From contig OZ240215.1 in NCBI GenBank assembly GCA_965197585.1, positions 1,536,001 through 1,600,000 of the forward strand: DNA of 64,000 bases, given 5' to 3'. Both the position numbers and the translations under genes were made by a program. Positions 29,062 to 40,281 of the stretch are shown piece after piece; position 1 is the first letter of the stretch, and each line of letters begins with the position of its first letter. Source of the stretch: Dehalococcoidia bacterium. Lineage in GTDB: Bacteria; Chloroflexota; Dehalococcoidia; Plut-88900. The notes under the pieces were generated by a model that was not told the DNA's origin, searched no databases, and saw only the letters and a list, made by a program, of their open reading frames with translations.

Positions 29062-29934
29062 ATGAGCAACCTCATCTTCTCGGAATCCCCCGAGCTTAGG
29101 AAACCCAAGGTTGTTGCTGGATTCTCCGGCTGGGCCAATGCAGGCGAGGTGTCCTCCGGCGCTGTCGCATATCTGAAAAGCAAGCTGAACCCCACCAAAT
29201 ACGCAGAGTTTGACCCCGAACCCTTTTATGATTTCACCAATGCCCGGCCTCATGGCGTCATCACCGACGGCGTAGTAAAAAGCCTGCAATTCGTCTCCAA
29301 CGAGTTCTTCTACTGGGAAAACGTCAAGGGAGAGCACGACCTCATCCTATTTCTCGGCACCGAGCCCCACCTCATGTGGCGCCAGTTCTCCGAGGACTTC
29401 TTCTCCGCCTTCCAGGACAGCGACCCCGACGAGCTGATCCTCCTCGGCAGCTTCTACGACTCAACACCCCACACCCGGGACCCCATCGTCTCCGCCGCCG
29501 TCAACGACAGTGGCATGCGCGACACCCTGGCGGAATTCGATCTGCAGTTTACAGACTACGAAGGACCCACCTCCATCCATTCCGTCCTGGAGCATGCCTG
29601 TGTGGAGTTGGGCATACCCAGCATCAGCCTTTGGACCGGCACCCCCCACTACCTCCCCACCGCCAACCCCAAGGCCTGGCGCGCAGTCCTGGACCGACTC
29701 CTGCCCATCCTCGGTATAGACCTCGACCTCCGAGACCTCAACCGCCGCGAGGACCGTCTCATCAAGCAGGTCGAGCAGGCTTTATCCCAGAATCCAAAGC
29801 TGCAACGCTACGTCCGCCAGCTTGAGAACGCCCTCGAGGTCAAAGAGGAAGACGATTCCTTCCAGTCTGAGGAGATCATCAAGAGTTTGGAGGACTTCCT
29901 TAGGCAGCGCCAGCATGACGGGCCGGAGGACTAG
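29062..29934 (+). CDS. PAC2 (proteasome assembly chaperone) family protein
   Basis: GFSGWANAGE, YDF...RP, GTEP...W, PHTR, YEGPT and PHY..PK motifs. Confidence 0.85.
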   Translation: MSNLIFSESPELRKPKVVAGFSGWANAGEVSSGAVAYLKSKLNPTKYAEFDPEPFYDFTNARPHGVITDGVVKSLQFVSNEFFYWENVKGEHDLILFLGTEPHLMWRQFSEDFFSAFQDSDPDELILLGSFYDSTPHTRDPIVSAAVNDSGMRDTLAEFDLQFTDYEGPTSIHSVLEHACVELGIPSISLWTGTPHYLPTANPKAWRAVLDRLLPILGIDLDLRDLNRREDRLIKQVEQALSQNPKLQRYVRQLENALEVKEEDDSFQSEEIIKSLEDFLRQRQHDGPED

Positions 29935-29949
29935 ACACCGCCACCTGTC

Positions 29950-30273
29950 TTAAACGTACGGCCCCAGGAACCTGCCCCCTATCACGTGCAGATGCCCGTG
30001 CTCCTGGCTCTGCATGGCATCATCCCCAAAATTCGATACCAGCCGAAACCCGTCCGGACAGTACCTCTTCCCCATCTCTACCGCAATCCTCCCTGCCTCC
30101 GACATGTCCTGCCAATACTCCTCCTGGCCCATGTGCTGTTTCCGCACCACCAGCATCATCACCGGCGCCCAGGTAAGCTTGTTGTCGAAGACCATAAAAT
30201 TCTCATCCTCGTACCGCACGTTGGACGGCGCCACCCCGGAGATGATGTCACAGAAAACGCAGGAAGATGCCAT
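29950..30273 (-). CDS. HIT family protein
   Basis: CVFC N-terminus and HGHLHVIGG histidine triad. Confidence 0.9.
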   Translation of the reverse strand: MASSCVFCDIISGVAPSNVRYEDENFMVFDNKLTWAPVMMLVVRKQHMGQEEYWQDMSEAGRIAVEMGKRYCPDGFRLVSNFGDDAMQSQEHGHLHVIGGRFLGPYV

Positions 30274-30319
30274 GTTAGTGATTGAGTGAAACTGGTGGTC
30301 GGGGGGAGCCTGAAGCCTG

Positions 30320-31729
30320 TTAACGGCGCTCCCTCATGGACTGCCCTCTGCGGGGACGCGAAACCCTGGTCTCCCCGCTCCGGTAGTCCGGGGCTTCGTC
30401 GATTCCGTAGAACATTGTTAGGCTCGGGTCAGCCAGCCGGGAGCTTATTCTCTCGTCCATCTCGTCCAGCGGGAGCGCCGTGGTTATTACCGTCGGCAGC
30501 CTGCCGTTATAACGATAGTTTATGATCTGGTACAACTTCTCCTTGGCCCAAGGCGTGGCTGCCTGCTCCCCGTAGTCGTCCAAAACCAGCAAAGCAACGG
30601 TCCGCACTTTGTTGAACAGCTCGTCATATGTGATTTTCGCGTCCAGGGAATATGTGGAACGCAGGTAGTCCAGCAAGTCCGGCACAAGGATGAATAGGCC
30701 CTCTTTGCCCCGACTCCGATGGTAGTGAGCGATGGACGCAGCGAGGTGTGTCTTCCCTCGGCCCGGCGGCCCCATCAACACCATCCACCCGTCCAGCGAC
30801 TCTGCGAAGTTGATCGCCGCCCTGTACGCCCCTTCCAGGTTCTGCTTGGCGTCCCCGCGCAAGCCCCTCCCTCCGGGCTTAAACGACTCGAACGTCATGC
30901 CCGATGGCAGGGCCAGACTCAGACTGTCCATGGAACTGAGCACCGATGACCGCCGCTCCACCTCAACGACCGTAGACAGGGCAGGGTCCGTCAGTCGGCT
31001 TTGCAGACTTTCGTCCAACCGGTCCAGCGGAACGTTCGTGGTCACCACCGTGGGAAGCTGGGCGTTGAACCGATGGTTCAGTACCTGGAACAGCTTTTCT
31101 GCTGCCCACGGGCTGCTCGTCTGCGCCCCAAGGTCATCAAGTATCAGCAGCGGCACGTTCCTCACCTGCTCGAACAATTCATCGTAGGTGACCTCGCTGT
31201 TCGGGCCGAAAGTAGCCCTCAGATGATCGAGGAGGTCGGGGACGACCATAAAGAACGTTCTGACCCGGAGGCCGATACAATAGTTGGCTACCGCCGCCGC
31301 AATATGCGTCTTTCCGCCGCCGCTGTTTCCCGTGAGTACCAGCCAGCCCCGAGGCTCCATCGCGTACCGTTTCGCCGCCTCGTAGGCCGCATGAAACAGC
31401 CGCCGATTGTCCTCATCCGGACTCCGGCCTTGTGGAATCAGGTTGTCGAAGGTCAGCCTTGCCAGCGGCCCGAGGTTGCTGTAGCGCTCCAGGCGCTGAG
31501 GGATTCCGGCATCCCATTCCAACTGCATGCACCTGCAGGGCAGTGCCTTGCCAAAGTCGGCGTGGCCAAAGGGAACATCAGATGTCACCCACCCGACGCC
31601 CCCACAGATCTCGCATTCCGGGTCACCGCTGTCTTTAGTCGAATCTGCGGCGGACGAGATGCCCGTATCTCCCCTGGAAATACCTGTCCGTATCTTCTCT
31701 TGATTTAGTATGTCCCCGATCCGTTCCAC
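30320..31729 (-). CDS. DnaC/IstB-like helicase loader with two tandem AAA+ domains
   Basis: CxxC..CRC zinc motif, two Walker A (GGGKTH, GRGKTH) and two LDD.G Walker B; downstream of dnaB-dnaD. Confidence 0.88.
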   Translation of the reverse strand: MERIGDILNQEKIRTGISRGDTGISSAADSTKDSGDPECEICGGVGWVTSDVPFGHADFGKALPCRCMQLEWDAGIPQRLERYSNLGPLARLTFDNLIPQGRSPDEDNRRLFHAAYEAAKRYAMEPRGWLVLTGNSGGGKTHIAAAVANYCIGLRVRTFFMVVPDLLDHLRATFGPNSEVTYDELFEQVRNVPLLILDDLGAQTSSPWAAEKLFQVLNHRFNAQLPTVVTTNVPLDRLDESLQSRLTDPALSTVVEVERRSSVLSSMDSLSLALPSGMTFESFKPGGRGLRGDAKQNLEGAYRAAINFAESLDGWMVLMGPPGRGKTHLAASIAHYHRSRGKEGLFILVPDLLDYLRSTYSLDAKITYDELFNKVRTVALLVLDDYGEQAATPWAKEKLYQIINYRYNGRLPTVITTALPLDEMDERISSRLADPSLTMFYGIDEAPDYRSGETRVSRPRRGQSMRERR

Positions 31730-32351
31730 CGCTCCTGCCTTCCGTCTTCCATTTCTTCAGAATGGCCTCGATGTATCTCCAGCTCCGAGCCTCGTACTTG
31801 ACTGCTTCCTGGATCGCCTCGGCAATCCATTCTTCGGGATAATTATCCAGGGCATCGTTGAGTTCGTCGGACACCAGAGGCGTAAGAGGCCCGATATTGT
31901 CCTCGTATAGCGAGAAGATATTGGGCCGAGATTCACCGGCCGTAACGTCGACGGGCACCCTTCCGAAATCAATGTCTCTGCTCTGGATGCGTGTGAGGTC
32001 CCTGGCCGCCGTCGGAGTATTCAGCATATACAGCTGATTCCTCAGCCCCTCGGCCTCGACCTCCGTCGTAATCAATATCCCCTTCTCCACCGCCCCCCTC
32101 AGCCCCTGCTCCAATACCTCGACTCGTTCAGTTAGGTGCTCTCCCAGACTAAGCGTCAAAGTCTTGTCGCCTAGCAGTTCCCTGAACGTCACAAATCGCG
32201 GTGACCCTTTCTTCTGCTGGAGGGCCCAGAAAACGTGCAGGGCTATCTTCAGTTCTGCCGCGTCCTTGATCAACGGCATGAGCCGGGTGAAAAAGACGTT
32301 GGGGATTGCCGTCTTTTGAGAGTTTGGTTGAAAACCCTCGAACGCCGCCAT
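31635..32351 (-). CDS. DnaD domain replication protein
   Basis: NIFSLYEDNIGPLTP...EAIQEAV...RSWRYIEAILKKW. Confidence 0.85.
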   Translation of the reverse strand: MAAFEGFQPNSQKTAIPNVFFTRLMPLIKDAAELKIALHVFWALQQKKGSPRFVTFRELLGDKTLTLSLGEHLTERVEVLEQGLRGAVEKGILITTEVEAEGLRNQLYMLNTPTAARDLTRIQSRDIDFGRVPVDVTAGESRPNIFSLYEDNIGPLTPLVSDELNDALDNYPEEWIAEAIQEAVKYEARSWRYIEAILKKWKTEGRSGGTDRGHTKSREDTDRYFQGRYGHLVRRRFD

Positions 32352-32358
32352 CAGACGG

Positions 32359-33714
32359 CTATGCCACGCCTACAGGCAATGGCTCGAACTTCGCGAGATG
32401 GTCTATGAACCGCAGCTGCACCGTGCCCGTAGGCCCGTTCCTGTGCTTCCCGACTATGATGTCCGCTATCCCCTTCGGGTACATCTGGTCCGGGAACAGC
32501 TTGTTCCACTGCTGCTCGTCATAGTAACGATCGGCCTTATAGATAAACATCACCACGTCTGCATCCTGCTCAATGCCCCCACTCTCTCTCAGATCGGACA
32601 GCATGGGCCGGTGGTCATTTCGCAGCTCCGGCGCTCGGCTGAGCTGCGATAACGCCAGTAGGGGCACGTCCAGGTCCCTCGCCAGCAGCTTCAGAGACCT
32701 GGATATCTCGCTCATCTCCGCAACGTTATTGTCGCCCCGCTGAAGCATCAACCCTATGTAGTCCACGATGATCAGATCAACGGGGTTTTCCAGGTGCAGC
32801 CGTTTCGCCTTGCTGCGAAGCTCAACGATGTTCAGCAAGGCCGAATCGTCTATGTAGATCGGAGCCTGGGCCAGCTTACCCGTCGCCTCAATGACGTTGG
32901 CCTCTTCATCCGCCGTGAACTCCCCAAGCCTGAACTTCCGCGTATCGACCCCCGACTCACTCGAAAGCAGACGCTGCACCACCTGCTGCTTACCCATCTC
33001 CAGGCTGAATACCGCCACCCGAGCCCCCTGCTCCAATGCAGCAGTGCGGGCGATGTTCAGCGCAAGGCTGCTTTTCCCTAAACTGGGCCTCGCCGCCAAT
33101 ATAATCAGGTCCGAACGGTGCAGACCACCCAGCAGGGTGTCCAGGTTGTGGAAACCGGTCAAAGCCACCGACAATGGCCCTGCCTCGGCGTCCGGCCCGA
33201 ACCCGCTCTCATCGAGATACTGGTCCAGGATTTCCCGGATGTGGACGAAGTCCCGAGAACCCTGCCCGCTCCTAAGCTGGAACAGGATGTCTTCGGCCTT
33301 GCTGAGCGCCTCATCTTCGTCGGGGCCCGCTTCATACCCGATCTTGGATATCTGGCCGGCCGACTCGATGATCCGGCGCATCATCGCCATCCGGTGCACG
33401 ATACGCGCGTAATGCTCAATGTGCGCCGATGTCGGCACCACCGAGATCAGTTGACTCAGATACGCCGCCCCGCCTGCACTGGTCAGCCTATCCAGCCGTG
33501 AAAGCTCATTCTCGACCGAGACCTGGTCAATCGCCACCCCACGGTCGTACAACCCTATGCAGGCCTGATAGCACCACCGGTTCGACTCCCTGTAGAAGTC
33601 CTCGGGATTCAGCAGAGGCGCTACCTCAGGCATCGCATCGCCGTTAATCAGCAGCGATCCTAAAACCGAGTCCTCCGCATCTATATCGTGTGGTGGCAGT
33701 CTTTCCGCGTACAT
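32359..33714 (-). CDS. dnaB: Replicative DNA helicase
   Basis: PPHDIDAE, AARPSLGKS, LSQLSR, SDLRESGGIEQDAD and KHRNGPTG motifs. Confidence 0.97.
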   Translation of the reverse strand: MYAERLPPHDIDAEDSVLGSLLINGDAMPEVAPLLNPEDFYRESNRWCYQACIGLYDRGVAIDQVSVENELSRLDRLTSAGGAAYLSQLISVVPTSAHIEHYARIVHRMAMMRRIIESAGQISKIGYEAGPDEDEALSKAEDILFQLRSGQGSRDFVHIREILDQYLDESGFGPDAEAGPLSVALTGFHNLDTLLGGLHRSDLIILAARPSLGKSSLALNIARTAALEQGARVAVFSLEMGKQQVVQRLLSSESGVDTRKFRLGEFTADEEANVIEATGKLAQAPIYIDDSALLNIVELRSKAKRLHLENPVDLIIVDYIGLMLQRGDNNVAEMSEISRSLKLLARDLDVPLLALSQLSRAPELRNDHRPMLSDLRESGGIEQDADVVMFIYKADRYYDEQQWNKLFPDQMYPKGIADIIVGKHRNGPTGTVQLRFIDHLAKFEPLPVGVA

Positions 33715-33931
33715 CTATCCCTTATAGTGCCCTTTGCATAGTCCTGCGTCTTGGGTGAGGGGCGGCGTCCCACCCCCTCTCCCTCGATGGGAGAGGGGGT
33801 GGGGTGAGGGTGATTCGTACCTTGTAAGACCGGTTACGCAAAGGTTCCTCGACGTATGGACGTGATTCAGGTCTGGCTACAACAGTCAAGCAAAGGTCTC
33901 TCGCAGACTCCTAGCCGCTTCCGGCCCGAGA

Positions 33932-35029
33932 CTATCCGGATTCGTCGGATTGCTCGGACGGCATCCTTCGCTTGGCCCGCCGGACCGCAGCTGCCGCAGC
34001 CGACTCCTTGCCTGCCGCAGACCTTCTCTGTGTTGCGGCAGCCTCAACTTCTTCTTCTGATTCCACCGCGGCGGCAGAATCATCCTCCGTGACGGCGCTC
34101 TCCTCCGCTGTCGGTTCGTCCGCAGTTTCCTCGGCTACCGGTTCTTCGGCCACTTCCACTTCGGCCTCAGCGACAGGTGTTTCTTCCGACACGGGGGCCT
34201 CTTCCTCTACCTCCCCCACTGCGGTTTCCTCTTCCATCTCCGCAACAGGAGTCGATTCCTCTACCTCTGCGACAGGAGCCTCTTCTACCTCCGCCACGGG
34301 GGCTTCCTCTTCCACTTCAGCAACAGGGGCCTCTTCTTCTGCCTCAGCTACTGGAGTTTCTTCAATCTCCGCCGCCGGGGCTTCTTCTTCAATCTCCGCA
34401 ACAGGAGGTTCTTCCACATCAGCAACAGGAGCCTCTTCGACTACTTTAGCCACCACCGCCTCTTCCTGCACCTCGGCTACAGGCACTGCTTCCGTCGTCT
34501 CCTCAACAGCCGCCGCCGACACCTTCGCCGTCTCTCTGCTCTTAGGCGTTCTCGCTTTACGCTTGACTGCCGGCTTGGCAGGCGCAGCCTCGACAACCTG
34601 TACGGTCACCACGGGTTCAACCTCTTCAGCCAGCCTGAAAGTGACCTGATAGTCGCCCACGGCCTTAATTGGCTCTGCTAAATCCAGGTCCCGTGCCTCG
34701 ATCTTTTCTCCCGTAGCCTCGGCAACCGCCTCGGCAACCCTCGCCGACGATACCGACCCATACAACCGACCCGTAGGCCCGCTCCTCGCTTCAATAGTGA
34801 TCGTCAGGCCTTCCAGCTTGGGTGCCAGCTGTGCAGCCCGGGCCCCGGAAATACCCTGCCGTAGATCCTCTGCCCGCTTCAGGGCATCTACTCTTCGCAG
34901 CTGGTCCGGGGTGGCCAACACGGCTAGGTCCTTCGGGAACAGGTAGTTCCTCGCAAACCCGTTCTTCACTTCTTTTACGTCACCCGTTTTGGCGACGTTC
35001 TCGACTTCTTCCAGGAATATAACTCTCAC
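33932..35029 (-). CDS. rplI: 50S ribosomal protein L9 with a long acidic repetitive C-terminal extension
   Basis: GTG start (MRVIFLEEV...VKNGFARNYLFP, GRLYGSV); about 200 aa of EEAPVAEV-type repeats follow. Confidence 0.92.
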   Translation of the reverse strand: MRVIFLEEVENVAKTGDVKEVKNGFARNYLFPKDLAVLATPDQLRRVDALKRAEDLRQGISGARAAQLAPKLEGLTITIEARSGPTGRLYGSVSSARVAEAVAEATGEKIEARDLDLAEPIKAVGDYQVTFRLAEEVEPVVTVQVVEAAPAKPAVKRKARTPKSRETAKVSAAAVEETTEAVPVAEVQEEAVVAKVVEEAPVADVEEPPVAEIEEEAPAAEIEETPVAEAEEEAPVAEVEEEAPVAEVEEAPVAEVEESTPVAEMEEETAVGEVEEEAPVSEETPVAEAEVEVAEEPVAEETADEPTAEESAVTEDDSAAAVESEEEVEAAATQRRSAAGKESAAAAAVRRAKRRMPSEQSDESG

Positions 35030-35144
35030 TTCGAACCCGAACCTTTCTATCGACGCTTGTTTGGCGATATTAATTGGGCATTCAGCCCAAGGCAATTATA
35101 TACTGCTGGCGGGGCGGGACAAGAACGTCAGCAAGAAAAACATA

Positions 35145-37343
35145 CTACCTCATGGCCTCCGACAGACCGTTTGTCCACACCCGCTCTATTTTCTTCAACG
35201 GCAGGTCTATGTAATTCCCTATCGTCAGCCGGTCTCCCCCCACCACCCCCAGCCCCATAACCGTCACCCCTGACTCCTCCGCCATCTTCCTAACTCCTTC
35301 AACGTCCCCCGGAGCAACCGATACCACTATACGGGACTGCCTCTCCCCAAACAGCACTGCATCCCACCGCCCCTTCACCCCAATCTCCCCACTGAACCCG
35401 ATCTGCCCACGCACAGCACACAATGCCAGGGCAACCCCCAGCCCACCCATTGAGCAATCGTGCGCCGACCGAAGGAGGCCCTTTTCTATAAGTGAGATGC
35501 AAAGCTCTTGTACCCGCTTCTCAGTGTTCAAGCTTATCGATGGTTTTCCGGCAACAGTCCCGTGCATCACTTCCAGGTACTCGCTTCCACCTAGTCCGTC
35601 GGCAGATGGTGGAGTGCCCAAAAGCAGCACCTCGTCCCCCGGCTCCTGAAATCCCATCCGGCACGCGAGGGATACGTCTTCCAGGAGTCCCAGCACCCCG
35701 GCCACTGGGGTCGGGTAAATCGGCTCGTTCATCGTTTCGTTGTAAAGGCTGACGTTGCCGCTTATCACCGGTATTCCGAAGGTATTGCAGGCCTCCGTCA
35801 TCCCCTTGATGCACTGCTCCAGCTGGTAATACACCTCAGGCTTCTCCGGGTTTCCGAAGTTCAGGCAGTCTGTCACCGCTATCGCCCGTGCCCCGACACA
35901 CGCCACGTTCCTGGCCGCTTCTGCCACCGCTATCGCTCCCCCTGCATACGGGTCAAGGTAGCAGTATCGTCCGTTCCCGTCCGTCGAGAGAGCAATGGCC
36001 TTCCCAGTCCCCTTTATTCGTAGCAGCGCAGCGTCTCCGCCTGGCGGCACTACGGTGTTGGTCATCACCTGATGGTCATATTGCCTGTACACCGACTCCT
36101 TGCTCGCCACATTCGGCGAGGCCAGCAGTCGAAGCAGGACCTCATCCGGCCCCGAGTCCGGCATTGGCAATGAATCAAAGTCGAACCCCTGAAGCTCCGT
36201 TAGCCCCTCCGGCTTCCTGCTTTCAATCGTGTACAGTGGAGGTTCGGTCAGCACGTTAACCGGCAAGTCTGAGACCAATTCCCCATCGTCCCTAACCTTG
36301 ACCCGACCGTCATCCGTGACCTTTCCGATGACATCGGAGTGAAGGTCCCACTTTTCCGTTATCTCGTCGACTTCTGCCTTCCTATCCGGGGTCACGATTA
36401 GCAGCATCCTCTCCTGCGATTCGGAGAGCATGATTTCGTAGGGAGTCATGCCTTCCTCGCGTCTCGGCACCCGTGCCACGTCTATATCGACACCGCTCCC
36501 CGCCCGACCCGCGCTCTCCACCACCGAGCTGGTCAATCCCGCCGCCCCGAGGTCGGCAAGCCCCACCAACAACCCCGCCTCCGATAGCTCCAGGCACGCC
36601 TCTATCAACACCTTTTCCAGGAACGGATTGCCCACCTGTACCGTCGGCCTCAACTCCCTTTCCTCTTCGAAAGTCCGTGACGCCAGCCCCGAGGCCCCAT
36701 GAATTCCGTCCCTTCCCGTATCTGCACCCACCAGAATTAGCAGATTGCCCGTGCCCTCCGCCCGTGCCTTCAATAGTCCCTCACTCCGCACAATCCCCAC
36801 GCACATGGCATTCACCAACGGGTTCCCCGAATACGTCGGGGAAAACACCACCTCGCCCCCGACATTGGGTATCCCAAGACAGTTGCCGTACCCGCTTATA
36901 CCGCTCACCACCCCGTTGAACAGGTACCGGTTACGCGCCGAGTCCAGGGGCCCGAATCGAAGAGAATTCATCAGGGCGATTGGTCTCGCCCCCATTGTGA
37001 ATATATCCCGTACTATGCCCCCCACCCCCGTCGCCGCCCCCTCATACGGCTCGATGGCTGAGGGATGGTTGTGAGACTCGATTTTCATCACCACCGCCAA
37101 CCCGCCTCCGATATCGACAGCCCCCGCGTTTTCCGCGCCCGGCTCCACCAGCACCCTTTCACTATCCGAGGGGAACATCCTCAGCAAGGGCTTGGAGTGC
37201 TTGTAACTGCAATGCTCACTCCAAAGAGACCCGATAATCCCCAGTTCGACGAGGTTAGGCTCTCTCCCGAGCTTGTCCACGGCCAACGCGTACTCCTCGG
37301 GGGAAATGGCAAGTTGGTCCAGGGCCTCGGAAGATACGTTCAT
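35145..37343 (-). CDS. purL: Phosphoribosylformylglycinamidine synthase subunit PurL
   Basis: [32 protein letters not shown] and GNVSLYN motifs. Confidence 0.97.
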   Translation of the reverse strand: MNVSSEALDQLAISPEEYALAVDKLGREPNLVELGIIGSLWSEHCSYKHSKPLLRMFPSDSERVLVEPGAENAGAVDIGGGLAVVMKIESHNHPSAIEPYEGAATGVGGIVRDIFTMGARPIALMNSLRFGPLDSARNRYLFNGVVSGISGYGNCLGIPNVGGEVVFSPTYSGNPLVNAMCVGIVRSEGLLKARAEGTGNLLILVGADTGRDGIHGASGLASRTFEEERELRPTVQVGNPFLEKVLIEACLELSEAGLLVGLADLGAAGLTSSVVESAGRAGSGVDIDVARVPRREEGMTPYEIMLSESQERMLLIVTPDRKAEVDEITEKWDLHSDVIGKVTDDGRVKVRDDGELVSDLPVNVLTEPPLYTIESRKPEGLTELQGFDFDSLPMPDSGPDEVLLRLLASPNVASKESVYRQYDHQVMTNTVVPPGGDAALLRIKGTGKAIALSTDGNGRYCYLDPYAGGAIAVAEAARNVACVGARAIAVTDCLNFGNPEKPEVYYQLEQCIKGMTEACNTFGIPVISGNVSLYNETMNEPIYPTPVAGVLGLLEDVSLACRMGFQEPGDEVLLLGTPPSADGLGGSEYLEVMHGTVAGKPSISLNTEKRVQELCISLIEKGLLRSAHDCSMGGLGVALALCAVRGQIGFSGEIGVKGRWDAVLFGERQSRIVVSVAPGDVEGVRKMAEESGVTVMGLGVVGGDRLTIGNYIDLPLKKIERVWTNGLSEAMR

Positions 37344-37378
37344 CCTAGGCTTCCCTCGGCCCATGCATGACGCTTCTG

Positions 37379-38239
37379 TCAGTAAGGATCGGCAAACAGC
37401 ACCCCCACGGCAATGGCATTGTTCAGTAAGTGGACAAGAATCGAGGCCCACAGCGCCCCGGTTCTATGATATAGCCATGCGAGCAGCAGCCCCAAGACGA
37501 AAAGAGGTGGGAATCTCAGCGGTTCCAGGTGCGCTCCCATGAAAAGTAGGGAGCTAATCGTCGCCCCCCATACCGGCCCCCACCGCCCCGCCAGCCCCGC
37601 GAAAATGAAGCCTCTGAAAAATAACTCCTCCATAAACGGAGCCAGCGCAACAGCTATAATCGCTAGCCCGATCACGTATTCCGTACCGCCTTCCAGGAAT
37701 GGCGTGGGGGACAAGTCTTCCGTGTCGACACCCGCCGCCTCCAGGATCAGGTAATACACCACCTGCACCGTCAACTCTGCAACCAGGACGACTATCCCCC
37801 ACCCCGCATCCCGGAGCGCGGGTTTCCGCCAAAATCCCAAGGCACTCCACCGGACTCGCCTTCGGGATACGGCGAAGAACCAGACCGTGACCGGCTGCGC
37901 CAGCTGCGCCAGCAGCATCCCCACCAGCAGGGGGACCCCCGTGTACTCGACATCCGCCACTCTCGCCACCACCAGGACAATCGCTAAAATAGAGACGGCC
38001 TGGATGATGTAGAAGCCCGTGCCCAGCGCCACGTCCCCAACACCCCACGCCACCCGACGCCCCGGCCCCTGGGGATCAGTCGCGGCAGCGCCGAATGACG
38101 TCTCGGCTACGACAGGATGGATATGTACCCCGCACCGGGTGCAAAACCGCCAATCGGGTTGTAAGCGCTGTCCGCAGGTGCTGCAAAACACAGGTGGGGC
38201 ATGGGAAGTTTGCGCGGAAGGTTCGTCGGAAGAGTACAT
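37379..38239 (-). CDS. CPBP/Abi (CAAX protease) family membrane metalloprotease with N-terminal zinc ribbon
   Basis: [18 protein letters not shown] and H..NN motifs. Confidence 0.88.
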   Translation of the reverse strand: MYSSDEPSAQTSHAPPVFCSTCGQRLQPDWRFCTRCGVHIHPVVAETSFGAAATDPQGPGRRVAWGVGDVALGTGFYIIQAVSILAIVLVVARVADVEYTGVPLLVGMLLAQLAQPVTVWFFAVSRRRVRWSALGFWRKPALRDAGWGIVVLVAELTVQVVYYLILEAAGVDTEDLSPTPFLEGGTEYVIGLAIIAVALAPFMEELFFRGFIFAGLAGRWGPVWGATISSLLFMGAHLEPLRFPPLFVLGLLLAWLYHRTGALWASILVHLLNNAIAVGVLFADPY

Positions 38240-38298
38240 CGGGCGAATTTCCTACTCTGTACGGCGTCGTGCGGAAAGCAAGACAGAAGGGTGAAGAA

Positions 38299-38994
38299 TC
38301 ATCGACGCACGACAGCCCCGACTATCGCCTCGAAGATATACAGCCCATCCGTTCCCCCGAGCACCGGCTCGCAGCAACGCTCAGGGTGTGGCATCATCCC
38401 CAGCACGTTCCCCTCTCGATTCATGATTCCCGCAATCCCATTCAACGAGCCGTTGGGATTCGCTTCAGGGCTTACGGCGCCATCCTCGGCGCAATAACGG
38501 AACAGCACGCGGCCCTCTGTGTCCAGGGTGCGAAGCGTCGCATCATCGGCGTAGTAGCGGCCCTCGCCGTGAGAAATGGGCACCCGAAGCCTCTGTCCCG
38601 ACTCGCAGTTCCCCGTAAACACCGACTCCGAGTTGTCGACTCTCAGGTTAACCCATTCGCACCGAAACTCCAGGCTGTCGTTTCTCAACAGTGCTCCCGG
38701 CAGAAGCCCCGCTTCACAAAGGACTTGAAAGCCGTTGCATATCCCAATCACCAGGCCCCCGCGTCCGGCAAAATCAACCACAGCCTCCATCACCGGGGAA
38801 AACCGGGCGATAGCCCCGCATCTCAAATAGTCGCCATACGAAAACCCGCCTGGCAGAACAACGCAGTCATATGACGACAGGTCCGTATCCTTGTGCCAAA
38901 TGTAGCTGACCTCTTGGCCAAGCACTTCATCCAGAACGTGGTAGCAATCGACGTCGCTCCACGTCCCCGGAAATACAACTACCCCAAATCTCAT
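38299..38994 (-). CDS. purQ: Phosphoribosylformylglycinamidine synthase subunit PurQ
   Basis: [23 protein letters not shown] and MMPHPER motifs. Confidence 0.97.
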   Translation of the reverse strand: MRFGVVVFPGTWSDVDCYHVLDEVLGQEVSYIWHKDTDLSSYDCVVLPGGFSYGDYLRCGAIARFSPVMEAVVDFAGRGGLVIGICNGFQVLCEAGLLPGALLRNDSLEFRCEWVNLRVDNSESVFTGNCESGQRLRVPISHGEGRYYADDATLRTLDTEGRVLFRYCAEDGAVSPEANPNGSLNGIAGIMNREGNVLGMMPHPERCCEPVLGGTDGLYIFEAIVGAVVRR

Positions 38995-39247
38995 ACGCAG
39001 TCCCGATTAATATCCTCATCACCTCTCCCTGGAAAAACCTTTGCGTAACCCCGCTCCATAGATGGAGGGGGGAGGTTCAGTCCCCTCTCCCTTGACGGGA
39101 GTCGTAGATGCGCCGAGGCGTGAGGGCTAGGGTGAGGGTGAAGGCTTTATTGACACTCTAATACAAACCCGCCGGACAAACTAAAGCCCGGCTCCCTGAT
39201 TAATCATAACCCAGGACCGGGCCCCATGACCTCTTATATGCCTATGC

Positions 39248-39703
39248 TTAAACTGATTTCCCGGCCAGCAACTCCCCGACTATCTGGCTTACCAGCTTCC
39301 CGTCCGCCTTGCCCTTCACCTGGGGCATCAGCCGTCCCATCACCTTACCTCGATCGCCAGCCCCTACGGCGCCGGTTTCCTCTATCACCGAACGTGCGAT
39401 CTCGGTGATCTCCTCTGCGCTGAGTTGCTCGGGCAGATAGCTGGAAATGAGAGCCAGTTCCGCCTCTTCCTTTTCCACAAGGTCGGGCCTATTGCCCTTC
39501 TGGAAAGCATCGATGCTCTCTCTCCGCCTCTTCGCCTCCCGAGACAGTATTTGAATCACGCCGTCGTCACCCAGGGCCTTCCCCTGGGATTTCTCCTCCG
39601 ACTGCAGACTGGCCTTAATAAGACGTAAGGCGGAGCGCCGGAATTCATCCTTACTGCGCACCGCCTCAAGCAGTTCGGCGTCTAGTTGTTCTCGTAGAGA
39701 CAT
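39248..39703 (-). CDS. GatB/YqeY domain protein
   Basis: KRRRESI..F..GNR.DL..KE, YLPEQLS and GKVMG..GKADG; follows rpsU. Confidence 0.92.
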   Translation of the reverse strand: MSLREQLDAELLEAVRSKDEFRRSALRLIKASLQSEEKSQGKALGDDGVIQILSREAKRRRESIDAFQKGNRPDLVEKEEAELALISSYLPEQLSAEEITEIARSVIEETGAVGAGDRGKVMGRLMPQVKGKADGKLVSQIVGELLAGKSV

Positions 39704-39730
39704 CTGCCCATCCGGTCACGTGACCCGGGG

Positions 39731-39916
39731 CTACCTCCGCGCGGTACGCCGTTTCCGGGCTGCCGCTGCGATTTTCTTCTTCCGCTTGATGCTCGGCTTC
39801 TCGTAGTATTCACGCCGCCTGGCCTCGGAAAGAATGCCGTTCTGCTGCACTTTCTTATTGAACCGCTTCAGCAGACTTTCGAAGTTTTCGTCTCGCCCCA
39901 ACTTTACCTCGGACAA
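39731..39916 (-). CDS. rpsU: 30S ribosomal protein S21
   Basis: [10 protein letters not shown]...[11 protein letters not shown]. Confidence 0.95.
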   Translation of the reverse strand: MSEVKLGRDENFESLLKRFNKKVQQNGILSEARRREYYEKPSIKRKKKIAAAARKRRTARR

Positions 39917-40281
39917 ACTGGAAGCCTCCCACCTGCGCTATCTAATCGATACCGGTTTAACTATAGAAACGGATTCTGATTATATGTACGACGCAATTGA
40001 GTGTCAACAAAACCCCTCCAGAATCTCCCCAACCCTCCTCACCCCGTCATACCGAGGCCCCGCGAGGAATCCGGGCCCTGCTCTCTCACCCCCTTCCTCC
40101 CCTCCCTCATTCCGCCAGAGCCAGTTCCGTTCTTGATACGGGGGCCGGGACCTGAGCGGTGTGCGCGGAAACCGACGTCCCTGCGCGCCTACCATCGTCC
40201 CCCCTCTTTTCTTCGTCATCCCTGCGTCGGCGGGGACCCACACGATCATTCGGGCATAGCGCACGCCTGCCGTACGAGCCT

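Noticed and set aside
30320-31729. IS21 element (IstB)
   Set aside because: No IstA transposase or terminal inverted repeats; the gene is in an operon with dnaB/dnaD.
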